Virus record (IMG/VR): IMGVR_UViG_3300005518_000003
Span: 1-64,000 of that record
Reading direction: 5' to 3' (one strand)
DNA: 64,000 bases
Origin: a virus
Below, one piece after another: positions 26,934 to 35,959 of the stretch. The notes beneath the pieces were generated by a model. That model was not told where the DNA came from and made no database searches. It saw nothing but the letters and a program-made list of their open reading frames with translations. A program made the position numbers and the translations under genes. Position 1 is the stretch's first letter; each line of letters starts with the position of its first letter.

Positions 26934-27398
26934 CTATGTGCTAGGAGGCGAGACCACCGCCGTGGTCGGTTGACCGTTTTCTACTTCTTCGTCTTCGTCG
27001 AGAACCTCGTCGAATTCGGCTGCGTATCCACCCAAATCGGCCGCAAGCGAATCGAAAAGGGTATCCGTGTCGAGGTACCGCGTGAGGCTATGTGTCGGTG
27101 CCGTTTTCTGGACGGTCCACCTCACCGGGAAACGTTCCGGTGCCGGCTTCTCGGGAACTCCGTAGATTCGCGCGCAAACTTCGTCTTCGAAGATCGCCAC
27201 GATCTTGTGCTCCGCGCTGAGCGGTGAAGTCTCTCCGACCTGGAACTTCTGAAGCTCTCGCTTGAAGTTGAACCAGTCGAACGAAAACGTCTGCGGCACG
27301 TTGGACGGATACCCCTCTTCGCCTTCTGGACGCTCGACGTTCGCACGCACGCAGATCCGTCCCCAAATGTCAGCTTTCTTCGATTGTTCTTCCGGCAT
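26934..27398 (-). CDS. Acidic hypothetical protein
   Basis: RBS and promoter-like motif upstream. Confidence 0.6.
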   Translation of the reverse strand: MPEEQSKKADIWGRICVRANVERPEGEEGYPSNVPQTFSFDWFNFKRELQKFQVGETSPLSAEHKIVAIFEDEVCARIYGVPEKPAPERFPVRWTVQKTAPTHSLTRYLDTDTLFDSLAADLGGYAAEFDEVLDEDEEVENGQPTTAVVSPPST

Positions 27399-27427
27399 GT
27401 TGGTCCCTTTCAAAAAGGGAGCTTACT

Positions 27428-29377
27428 CTACCGGGAACGCACCTTGTGAAGCTTTTTGTCGGCGAACGAATAGAACTCGCCTTCGCCCATCACCACGTGG
27501 TCGATGAACGCGATTCCAGAGGCTTTGCAAGCATTTTTCATTGCTTTGGTCAGGTCGGCATCGGCATCCGAAAAATCCGCTCCGCCGCTCGGATGGTTGT
27601 GCAGGATCGCAAGCCCTTTCGCGCCGCGATCGATGGCCGGCTTGAGGACGTCAGCAGGATCGACGGCAACGCGATCGCGCTGACCTACGTGAACGATGGC
27701 GACCCCGCGGAGGTCGGAATGGATATCGAGCAGGATCGCGCAGAGGTGCTCCTTGTCCTGCTTCGAAGCCCACGGATGCATCATGTTGTAGATGTCGCGT
27801 GAATTCTTGATCGGACCGATTTGTTGCGCGACCTCGCGAATCTCTCGAAAGTCATCCGCGTTGCGCTCGACCTTCACGAACGGAATTCCATCCGTCACCT
27901 CAACGGGATTCTCACCCACGTGTTTTGCATGTGGCCAGTGCTGTCGCGCGCTTGCTCGTACTTGATCTTCAGATTCACCACGAATGATGTTGATCGAGTA
28001 CCCGTGACGATCACGCGCAACCGCTTCCCACTCTTGGCGGACTTCGTCGTACGCGATCTCTACGGTCACGACCTTTCGCTCGCGTCCCTCGGCCGCCCCG
28101 CCACATCCGTGCTCGCAGCCGCATTCGTTCGCTTCACGCGAGATGCCACCAGGAACACCTCGTTGCGGATCCAACTTAGACAAAGCCTCGGCATTGCTCG
28201 GGAGCTTCCTCACCCGCTTACCAGTGTTTGGCCAGTGATAGAGCCCCTTCTTGTAAAAGAGCTCGCGCTCGGTGTAGCTGCCGTCATCCCGCGGCGTGTA
28301 CGTCCGAACGACCCATTTCTTTTTGTCGTCCCAATACTTCACGAAGTGCGTCGCTGAGAACATTCCACGATGAGCTTCATGGCGAAGCGCATCGTCGATG
28401 TTGTTGAAGTCGCGCGCTTCACGTGGCCCGCTCTCTGGAGGAAGTAGTGGAGGAGTCTCCGGTCCCGAGTGGAGAATGAGATGCTCCGATTTCATCTTGC
28501 CTTTAGAGCCGTCGCGCCAGAGAACGGTGATCTTTTCGCCTTCGACGGAGATCACGACGCCGGGATTGAGTTTCTTTGCAAGCCTTGGAAGAACGCCAGG
28601 CGCAAGCTGCACGTCGTCACCGCGTTGGAAATCGCGCGCCTGGACTGGGTTCTCGCGGAGCAACCGATCGACGCCCGACTTCGCCTGTCGCAACGCCTCA
28701 CCACGTGTGGTCGCACCCCAATGACCTCCACGAACGATGGCCGACCACCACGTGGTTCCGTCGTCCATGAGATATTTTTCGAGTCGAATGTTCTCGCCGT
28801 GGTAGTCGACCGTCTCGCGTTGTTGGATTCGATCGCGCGCCTCGACGGGGTTCTCGCGAACAAACGAGACGCTCGGACGCACCGCAGGCTGCGAATTCGC
28901 AAAAGCTTCTGCTTCGCCTTTCGTCTTGAACGGGCCGTGATACTCGCTGCTCCGATCACTTGGTCTGCGGCCGTATGCGTACCAGACCGTGCTCCCGTCT
29001 TTCGGACGCTCTGATGGATGCATCTGATCACTCGAAACGATTCGCCAAGGAATCGGTTGCCTCCATGCCGGCTGAGGACCGCGACGAGGATTCTCTCGCG
29101 CACCCGGACGTCGGATCAGTCCAATGTGCACCGCGTAGTCGTACGCGCTCTCGTGCATCTTTCGTGGATTGAGGAAGCCGTCTTGAATCGCTTCGCCGAC
29201 TTGATCATCCCACCACTCAATGATGGTCGCGTCGTTCTTCGCGTTGATCAGCTCGACGTGTGCTCGGTCACGCTCCTCCCAGGTCGAGAGCCGCGTGTCA
29301 CTGAGAGACAATTCGGGCACGGAATGACGTCCACGGCGACGGGCTTCTTCGGCGGCGGCGGGATTCATTCGAGGCAT
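27428..29377 (-). CDS. Modular polyprotein-like protein with C-terminal RadC/JAB domain
   Basis: KEHL..ILLD, HNHPSG..FSDAD..LT..M...GI.FIDHVV JAB motif; upstream modules separated by ENP motifs. Confidence 0.85.
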   Translation of the reverse strand: MPRMNPAAAEEARRRGRHSVPELSLSDTRLSTWEERDRAHVELINAKNDATIIEWWDDQVGEAIQDGFLNPRKMHESAYDYAVHIGLIRRPGARENPRRGPQPAWRQPIPWRIVSSDQMHPSERPKDGSTVWYAYGRRPSDRSSEYHGPFKTKGEAEAFANSQPAVRPSVSFVRENPVEARDRIQQRETVDYHGENIRLEKYLMDDGTTWWSAIVRGGHWGATTRGEALRQAKSGVDRLLRENPVQARDFQRGDDVQLAPGVLPRLAKKLNPGVVISVEGEKITVLWRDGSKGKMKSEHLILHSGPETPPLLPPESGPREARDFNNIDDALRHEAHRGMFSATHFVKYWDDKKKWVVRTYTPRDDGSYTERELFYKKGLYHWPNTGKRVRKLPSNAEALSKLDPQRGVPGGISREANECGCEHGCGGAAEGRERKVVTVEIAYDEVRQEWEAVARDRHGYSINIIRGESEDQVRASARQHWPHAKHVGENPVEVTDGIPFVKVERNADDFREIREVAQQIGPIKNSRDIYNMMHPWASKQDKEHLCAILLDIHSDLRGVAIVHVGQRDRVAVDPADVLKPAIDRGAKGLAILHNHPSGGADFSDADADLTKAMKNACKASGIAFIDHVVMGEGEFYSFADKKLHKVRSR

Positions 29378-29392
29378 CTTACACCGAGTGTA

Positions 29393-29575
29393 CTACCCCT
29401 GCTTCTGCGGCGTCGGATCGACCTTGTGGGCGATGAGAGTGATCCCTTGACCCCTGAAATAAAGCTTGGCGCTCGGTGATTTGAGCGTGTCGTCGAGCTT
29501 TTTCGTGAGCATCGCAGCTTGAGCGTCATCCTTCGCATCGAAGACCGCTTCCAGTTTCATCACATACCTCGGCAT
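29393..29575 (-). CDS. Small hypothetical protein
   Basis: GAGGAGG RBS; coupled start. Confidence 0.5.
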   Translation of the reverse strand: MPRYVMKLEAVFDAKDDAQAAMLTKKLDDTLKSPSAKLYFRGQGITLIAHKVDPTPQKQG

Positions 29576-30072
29576 CACTTCCTCCTCTTTCTCCTCAGTT
29601 TTTTCACACCTTGTGGAGAACCGTGTCGCGGTGGTCCGCCAGCACATTCGCGCACCAATCGATGCGCTTCGTCGATCACGAATGGGTGTTTCCTCCAACC
29701 GAATTTCGTGTGGTAGAGGAATTTCATCATCGCGTTGTAGGCAATGGCCACGAGGTGACGCCGCGGGTCGCCCTCAAAGTGATCGTACGGCACGCCGGTC
29801 ACGTACTCGACGTAGTGCTTGAGCACGTGGTTGAGCGGATCCGCATCCTCAGTGAGCTCGCTCAACGAATACTGGAAGCAGTCTTCGTACTTCTCGTCAG
29901 CGTACGCGCCGATCTCCGCCATCATCAACAAAAACTCGGGATTGATGGCGTCGTAGCGGTAGCGAACCTTGTTACGTGTTGCTTTGACTAGCTTTCCCCC
30001 CATCCGAACGGGATCGAGCATGTCGCGAACGGTTTCTTCCACCTGCGGACTGAATTTTTTCTTTCGTTTCAT
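29575..30072 (-). CDS. dATP/dGTP diphosphohydrolase-like domain (DUF5664)
   Basis: RYDAINPEFL..MAEIGAYADEKY...NHVLKH...HLVAIAYNAM. Confidence 0.75.
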   Translation of the reverse strand: MKRKKKFSPQVEETVRDMLDPVRMGGKLVKATRNKVRYRYDAINPEFLLMMAEIGAYADEKYEDCFQYSLSELTEDADPLNHVLKHYVEYVTGVPYDHFEGDPRRHLVAIAYNAMMKFLYHTKFGWRKHPFVIDEAHRLVRECAGGPPRHGSPQGVKKLRRKRRK

Positions 30073-30500
30073 TGCGTGGTCTTCTGAAGAGCTTGATTCC
30101 AGGTTTCCAAAAGCTGGAACACGTGCTCTTCGTCCCGGATATTGACGAACTCGATCATCTCCTTCGGTGTTACCGGTCGGATGATCTTCTCCGTCGTGCG
30201 AATCTTTCGCACCTCACCGTCGACCGTGACCTCTTGAACTTTCTCGACGGTGAATTCGATTCCAGCCTTCATCCACGCGAGATACGCGATGCGCGCCTGA
30301 AGAAATTCGTTCCGGTTGATCGGTTCGGGCGGTTTCGAGATTCGCGGCGTGGTACTCGCCGGTCGAGCAGCTACGAGCGCATCGCGCTGCGCCGTCAGTC
30401 GCGCAACTTTTTTGGTGAGGAATTTGTCGTACGCCCACCCGATAAAGTACACGACGACAAATCCCAGAAGGACGTAGCTCACCCAAGCCGGCGCGTTCAT
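30069..30500 (-). CDS. N-anchored membrane protein
   Basis: N-terminal TM. Confidence 0.55.
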   Translation of the reverse strand: MNAPAWVSYVLLGFVVVYFIGWAYDKFLTKKVARLTAQRDALVAARPASTTPRISKPPEPINRNEFLQARIAYLAWMKAGIEFTVEKVQEVTVDGEVRKIRTTEKIIRPVTPKEMIEFVNIRDEEHVFQLLETWNQALQKTTQ

Positions 30501-30772
30501 GGACCGAGAAGCTCCGAAAATGCTTCGAGTGCCTTCTCGACTTTCTCGCCTTTGCCGAGCTTACGCGCCCACTCCTTGAGCGCCGTCGCGCATTCGTTCG
30601 CTTCACGAATCTGCGGATCGTCTCCTCGTTGACCCATCGCCGTACGCATCTGGATCCAGAAAAGAACCACGAACGGCGCGGTAGGATCGCGACCGAGCAA
30701 CGTGAAGTGCGGCTCATCGGGGTCTGCTTTCGTGTGGCAGTCGAACTTACCGGGGTTGTTTTTGGTCGCCAT
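30497..30772 (-). CDS. Conserved small phage protein
   Basis: KNNPGKFDC..KADPDEP.F.LLGRDP.AP..V..W pattern. Confidence 0.65.
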   Translation of the reverse strand: MATKNNPGKFDCHTKADPDEPHFTLLGRDPTAPFVVLFWIQMRTAMGQRGDDPQIREANECATALKEWARKLGKGEKVEKALEAFSELLGP

Positions 30773-31196
30773 CGCTTTTCCTTTCTCGAAGTATCTGAAC
30801 GAGCCTCGTGCACCATCGCGTCTGACCTTCTTTGGTCATCCTCCCGAAGAATTCGTTCGCTTCTTCGTCGGTGAGATCTTCGACTTCTAGATCGACGATC
30901 GATTCGCCGCGTTTGATTCGAACGAAGATGCCGGAGCCAGTCTCCGGCGAGCGCTCGCGGACGCCAGGTCTGTCGTTGTGGAGATCCCCTTCCTTGGTGG
31001 GCCCAGCAAGTGCCCATATTCCGCACTTGTCACATTGAAGCCTACGAACCCAGGGTGACCACGCCTGGTATCGATAGGTACCGCCACATTGTTCGGCTTC
31101 GTGCGTCGGGTACTTCTCACGAAGCGGGCAGCCGCGGAAGTGCCGCGTCGGATCGCGATTCATGATCTCGGCGCAGTGACACTCTTGCTCAACCAT
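30747..31196 (-). CDS. Cys-rich hypothetical protein
   Basis: ORF coupled to neighbours. Confidence 0.45.
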   Translation of the reverse strand: MVEQECHCAEIMNRDPTRHFRGCPLREKYPTHEAEQCGGTYRYQAWSPWVRRLQCDKCGIWALAGPTKEGDLHNDRPGVRERSPETGSGIFVRIKRGESIVDLEVEDLTDEEANEFFGRMTKEGQTRWCTRLVQILRERKSDGDQKQPR

Positions 31197-31941
31197 AATC
31201 CGCTCCCGCGTTCATGCGCACGAGCGCGCGTTCCGCCATCGCTTCGATCTCTTTCGGGATCGCCTTACGAGGTTCGGCGCTCACCCACTTCTCTCCGTGC
31301 GGGAAGCATACGTACGCGTGTTCGGTGTCTTCACGAAACTCGCGCTCGATGATCGTGACCGTTCCTGACTCGGGCTTCGATTCGTGGAACGCATCCGCGG
31401 TGAGGCTGTACGAATCGCCTTCAACGAAGGTGACTTCCTGAAGCTTCTCGACGAGTACGGATTCGGATTCTCCAACCGCGCATCCGCCAGGACCGCATAC
31501 GATCTTTTGCCTGGAGTGCGTAGGCGTCTTGAATCCGAAGTTGCTCACCTCGTAGAGCACGTCGGTCATCCGCCCCGAGATGACCGTCGAACGGAAGTGC
31601 CACGGATGCGAATGAATCGTCGAGACACTCTCTGTACGGAAGCGATCGTCCCAAACGTGAAGACGCATCGATTTCGACAAGTAGAGTCGGAACATTCCGA
31701 ATCCCTGGAGCGTCCACGTGTCGAACGCGAGCGGTGCCATGAGAATTCGGCGAACCGTCTCGCGAAGCATTCGCTGCTTTGGTTGGTCTATCGTATTCCA
31801 AAGCTCCCACGCTTTCGGGCGCTCCATTCGTCCTTTTCCATCCGAGAACGCACCGCAGTTGGGACACCACGCGGGAATCAGTCGAGTGTCTCGCGCTTCG
31901 ACGATCGTCACCGGGTTCCGACAAAAATTACAGACCGCCAT
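31189..31941 (-). CDS. Zn-ribbon plus cupin (DSBH) protein
   Basis: CNFC..CPNC; RLHVW..IHSHPWHF.S.VISG...FH. Confidence 0.75.
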   Translation of the reverse strand: MAVCNFCRNPVTIVEARDTRLIPAWCPNCGAFSDGKGRMERPKAWELWNTIDQPKQRMLRETVRRILMAPLAFDTWTLQGFGMFRLYLSKSMRLHVWDDRFRTESVSTIHSHPWHFRSTVISGRMTDVLYEVSNFGFKTPTHSRQKIVCGPGGCAVGESESVLVEKLQEVTFVEGDSYSLTADAFHESKPESGTVTIIEREFREDTEHAYVCFPHGEKWVSAEPRKAIPKEIEAMAERALVRMNAGADYG

Positions 31942-31942
31942 C

Positions 31943-32842
31943 TCAACCCTCCGCCTTCATCCAAGGAACGGGAAATAGATTCGGCCACCGCTCGACGCAA
32001 ATGCGCCGGAGCTTCTTCGCAAAGCGCTGCATCTCGAGATCAGCGGCTTCGCCCGCGCGCTCTTTGACGAGCTTCGCGATGGCGGCGGGGTTGGTTGTCC
32101 AGATGAAGCTCGTCTCCGCCTGATGCGGTAGGAAGCTCGACGCCGCTTCGTAGATGCGTTTCTTGTCCATGCTCGTCGGCGGCTTTCCGTACCGCGCCGC
32201 AAAAGAGTCGACTTCCTCTTGAACCGCGCTGAGATAAAAGTCGTACGAAGTCTGCATCGCATGAACGAAGCGTTCCCGCATCGGGTGGCCAAAGTCGTCC
32301 ATCGGCAGGGTTTCACGCGCCTGCAAATAGCGTGGCGGCATGATGAAAAACCCGTAGTGGTGCGTGAACCGCGTGCTCTCTTGTGACGGCGCCCCCTCTT
32401 CGCTGCGATCGGCGCCGACGTAGTTTCGGATCAACTCGTGGCTCACACGTCGCGAGATGCCAGCGAAGAAGAAGCTCATCTTCGCGTGGTACAAAATCGA
32501 CGCATGTGGGGGATCCATCTCCTGCGTGTGCGCGATGTACTCGGCGTTCGACTTGCGACCGGCCTTGAGTCCGAACGAGTCGTAGCACTTTCGACCGGCC
32601 AGCTCGACGAGCAGCTCGTTGTCAGAAACTTTGTCGGCATGTGGAAAGAGCGAGAGCGTCCGTCGAGGATCCTTCGACACACCGCGCACCGACCAATCGA
32701 TGCTGTCACCGTCCGGTAAACACTCCGGTCGATGATCGCGAACCCAATCGACCATGTTGTTGATGCCCTCATGCGACAAGCACATCTCGGCGATGACCTC
32801 GATCGTCGGATCACCTGTCAGAATCGTGACTTCCTTTTTCAT
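31943..32842 (-). CDS. thyX: ThyX-like flavin-dependent thymidylate synthase, deviant motifs
   Basis: ELAGRKCY.SF, HASILYH, GISRRVSHELIR, SQESTRF, LP..AET, ER...AD.EM. Confidence 0.85.
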   Translation of the reverse strand: MKKEVTILTGDPTIEVIAEMCLSHEGINNMVDWVRDHRPECLPDGDSIDWSVRGVSKDPRRTLSLFPHADKVSDNELLVELAGRKCYDSFGLKAGRKSNAEYIAHTQEMDPPHASILYHAKMSFFFAGISRRVSHELIRNYVGADRSEEGAPSQESTRFTHHYGFFIMPPRYLQARETLPMDDFGHPMRERFVHAMQTSYDFYLSAVQEEVDSFAARYGKPPTSMDKKRIYEAASSFLPHQAETSFIWTTNPAAIAKLVKERAGEAADLEMQRFAKKLRRICVERWPNLFPVPWMKAEG

Positions 32843-32850
32843 CTGGTCAC

Positions 32851-33060
32851 CTAGTTTTTCGGCTTTCGCTTTTGATCCCAACACGCGAGCGCTTCTTCGA
32901 TTGCTTCGACGAGTGTTCCGCCTTCACCTGGAAACACGCCAAGCTCGGGGTCGTCGGCTGCGTATAGCCACACGACGATGCATGCGTTTTGCGTACTGAA
33001 GATCTGTAAGCTCAGATCGCGCTCGCGCAGAGCTGCTTCGAGCTCTTCGATCGTCTTCAT
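32851..33060 (-). CDS. Small hypothetical protein
   Basis: 4-nt overlap with the ATPase stop. Confidence 0.5.
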   Translation of the reverse strand: MKTIEELEAALRERDLSLQIFSTQNACIVVWLYAADDPELGVFPGEGGTLVEAIEEALACWDQKRKPKN

Positions 33061-34838
33061 GCGTCCTCCGCAAGCATCTCTGCCATCTTCACGCGCTCGC
33101 GAGACGTCTCTTCGGCGAGCTCGCGTCGTGTGAGCCTCTGGATGTACGCATTGCGCGAAGACGTTGCCCAGCGCTCTTCCTCCAGCGCTTCCCCAATCTC
33201 TTCGCGCGTCATGTCCTTTGGATACGCGTCAGCGAGAACGCGAAGACACTTTGCTTCGGGTCCTGGAAGCTTGCGAAGCCAGTGTTCGAGCAGCGCTACG
33301 CCGGTCGGAAGCTCTTCGTAGTCATCGCCAAGCCATTCGACGCCCTCCAGAGTGATGCGGTGGCGATCTCCGACCTCCTCAAAGATGCCGGCATTCCGAC
33401 CGCGCTGGAAATACGCGTTGCGTGTGCTTCCCTTCGCCCCGGTGATTTGTGTGATCTGCGAGCGCGTCACTCCGCTTTCTCCGAACTGCGCGACCGCAGC
33501 CACGAACGACCGCGGAACTTTCACTTCTCCTTCAACCTTCGACGCATCCCCATTCGACTGAGGTCTCGACGCAACCCTCTTCTTTTCTTTTGGTACGACG
33601 ACGATCGCCGGAACAACGATCTTTCCGACAGCGAGATGTTGCATCTGCTGGCGAAGTCGCTTGAGCTCATCGAGCGCTGACTGCGCCATACCCTCGGCTC
33701 GGAGCGTTTTCTCTTTCGCATCTTCGGTTGCTTTGCGCGACGAACCCAAAGCTTCAACCAACGCGTCGACCTGCTTCTCGAGTTTCTTTTCTTGTCGCTT
33801 CGTAAGAACCGGTACCTCGATACGCTTTGGGATACGCGCGGGAGATGGATCGGGTTGAAGCTTCTTGAATTTTCCCGCTGCCTCGAGCTCCTTTTTGAGT
33901 CGCATGACTTCTGCCTTCAATGCTTTCGGATCGTTCGCTTTCGCTTGTTCTACGGTCGCCGCCATCTGCGCAGAGAGCGCACCAAGATCGACGTCAGCAA
34001 GTGTCTTGGGAGGCTTGACCTTCTTCCCATCCGGCGTCCGACTGGAGTCGAACGTCTTTCGTTCACGGAATGAAACGCATTCGAGCATCCCGTTCATGAG
34101 ACCTGGCGCCCAAAACCAACCCGTGCCGCGTTCGAGCGACGAAAGCGTTCCTAGCACTTGCTTTTGCTCTTCTTTGGTCCCGTTGTGTTCGATCCAGTCC
34201 CCGAATGCGTTGATGTCCTGCGGTCCCGTGAGGCGAAACGCGATCAAGATCTCGATTTGTGTGAGCACGTCTTTCGCGATGCGTGCAGGACGCTGCGAAA
34301 TGAGCGTCACACCGATGCCGCGCGTACGACCACGCAGAACGAAATCGTTGATCGCCCCAACGAGCGGAAGCATGTCCGCAGAATCGACGCGCTGCGGGAC
34401 GAAGAGATCGCACTCATCGATGACGATGTGAAGAGGCTCTCGTTGCTTGTTCTTGAGGAGGTAGAGCTTATCGGCGAAGTCGCGAACGAACCGGCGCATC
34501 GCGCTCTTCGAGAAGTCGGAGAGATCGAGCACACACGAGAGACGATTTTCGACGACGTACTCGGCGAGGACGGTACCTCCACGCTCCTCGAGTGGCATAT
34601 CCGCATGGAGACCCCCGAAGATCGGAATCGGATAGCCGCCTTCCTTTTTTCCATTGCTCCCCGCACGAAGCCCCCAGGCTCCGCCTGTCGGATCGATGAC
34701 AATGGTCTGCACCTTTGCGTCGAGTAGCTCCTCGACGAGGAGCATCCCGGTGTGGGTCTTACCCGAACCGCGCTTACCGATGATTCCGATGGTCTCGGTT
34801 GCGATGTTCGGGATCTTGAGCTTGGGGGCGAGACGCAC
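33057..34838 (-). CDS. HerA/FtsK-superfamily ATPase (DUF87-like) with coiled coil and probable wHTH C-terminus
   Basis: GKRGSGKT Walker A, VIDPTG, IVIDECD Walker B, RGRTRGIG, ISQRPA. Confidence 0.9.
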   Translation of the reverse strand: MRLAPKLKIPNIATETIGIIGKRGSGKTHTGMLLVEELLDAKVQTIVIDPTGGAWGLRAGSNGKKEGGYPIPIFGGLHADMPLEERGGTVLAEYVVENRLSCVLDLSDFSKSAMRRFVRDFADKLYLLKNKQREPLHIVIDECDLFVPQRVDSADMLPLVGAINDFVLRGRTRGIGVTLISQRPARIAKDVLTQIEILIAFRLTGPQDINAFGDWIEHNGTKEEQKQVLGTLSSLERGTGWFWAPGLMNGMLECVSFRERKTFDSSRTPDGKKVKPPKTLADVDLGALSAQMAATVEQAKANDPKALKAEVMRLKKELEAAGKFKKLQPDPSPARIPKRIEVPVLTKRQEKKLEKQVDALVEALGSSRKATEDAKEKTLRAEGMAQSALDELKRLRQQMQHLAVGKIVVPAIVVVPKEKKRVASRPQSNGDASKVEGEVKVPRSFVAAVAQFGESGVTRSQITQITGAKGSTRNAYFQRGRNAGIFEEVGDRHRITLEGVEWLGDDYEELPTGVALLEHWLRKLPGPEAKCLRVLADAYPKDMTREEIGEALEEERWATSSRNAYIQRLTRRELAEETSRERVKMAEMLAEDA

Positions 34839-34840
34839 GA

Positions 34841-35203
34841 TTACTCCTCTTCGTCGCCAGCTTCTCGATCGGGCCTACGCACTTCGTCGTCCGAGGGCGG
34901 CTTGGGAGCTTCGAGACTGCGAATCGTGTTGCGAAGCTTGAGGAGCTTGTCCTGTACCTTGTCGAATTTTCTCTGCGACGGAAGCTTGCTATCGAAGATG
35001 TTGTCGCGTTTGTTTTCGAGCTTCGAGATCCAATCGTCGAGCTTGTCGATCTCGCGCTGATTCGTCCTTCGTTCGCGATCGAGGCTCTTGTCGATCTTCT
35101 TCGATTCGCGTGTGAGTTTTACCTCTGCTTTCTTCAGCTTCGCGAGACGCTTCTCTCGTGCGATTTCTTTCTTCGACTTCTTTCCCGGTCTCTTCGTGCC
35201 CAT
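34841..35203 (-). CDS. Basic coiled-coil protein
   Basis: AGGAG RBS; Lys/Arg/Glu heptads. Confidence 0.6.
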   Translation of the reverse strand: MGTKRPGKKSKKEIAREKRLAKLKKAEVKLTRESKKIDKSLDRERRTNQREIDKLDDWISKLENKRDNIFDSKLPSQRKFDKVQDKLLKLRNTIRSLEAPKPPSDDEVRRPDREAGDEEE

Positions 35204-35211
35204 GGTTTCTC

Positions 35212-35640
35212 CTATTTGTTCACTACGGTTCCGTTGAACATTTTCGCGAGCGCGATTGCATCGCGAACCTGAAACGACGTCGCATCGCCCGGCACTCGTC
35301 CCTCGACCTCCGCGATCGCTTCGTAATATTTGTGCTCCGGGTTTGCTTCGTAGTCTTTGAGCGTGAACCCTTTCGGTAGAGGATTCGGTGGAGGCAAGAC
35401 CTTCGGACCAAACTCCCGGATGTAGTACGTCGAGCCGTACCTCCGAAGCCTCACGAGGCACGGGTAGCGGAGATGTTGAATGCCCGAGGCACGCGCTATG
35501 CGACGCTTCGTGCATTCGGTTGGATTCCAACAGTAGCCGGCGGGAGTGAGCCGTTGCCCGGTCACCCCGCATGTTCGGCACTTGTCGTTCGACGTCTTTC
35601 CCTCTGCCGTTCCGGCGGTGAGCTCTCCAACGATGGTCAT
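35212..35640 (-). CDS. Hypothetical protein
   Basis: GGAGG RBS, CxxC motif. Confidence 0.55.
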   Translation of the reverse strand: MTIVGELTAGTAEGKTSNDKCRTCGVTGQRLTPAGYCWNPTECTKRRIARASGIQHLRYPCLVRLRRYGSTYYIREFGPKVLPPPNPLPKGFTLKDYEANPEHKYYEAIAEVEGRVPGDATSFQVRDAIALAKMFNGTVVNK

Positions 35641-35957
35641 CGTTTCCTCCTCTTTCGTTTCTTTTTCGGTTCGATAAGCGAACTTGAAAATCTCATCCGA
35701 ATGAACGACGAGCCGTCCGGTTCGATTGGGACAACGCCGACTTCAACGGTTCGCACTTCTCGACCGAGCTGGTTCTTCCCCCATTCCGAACCGGCAGGGA
35801 GCACCATCCATCCGAGCGCGCGATACTGTCTTCCCTCGAAGTGAGGAAGCACATCGTCATGGCAAATCGTTTCGGAGCGTTCCACGCTCACGCGTGCCAC
35901 GTACTGCTTGAAGTCGTCACCGACGTCGATGATGCGAATCGATTCCACGGTGGGCAT
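35637..35957 (-). CDS. Hypothetical protein
   Basis: Coupled ORF. Confidence 0.5.
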   Translation of the reverse strand: MPTVESIRIIDVGDDFKQYVARVSVERSETICHDDVLPHFEGRQYRALGWMVLPAGSEWGKNQLGREVRTVEVGVVPIEPDGSSFIRMRFSSSLIEPKKKRKRRKR

Positions 35958-35959
35958 TC

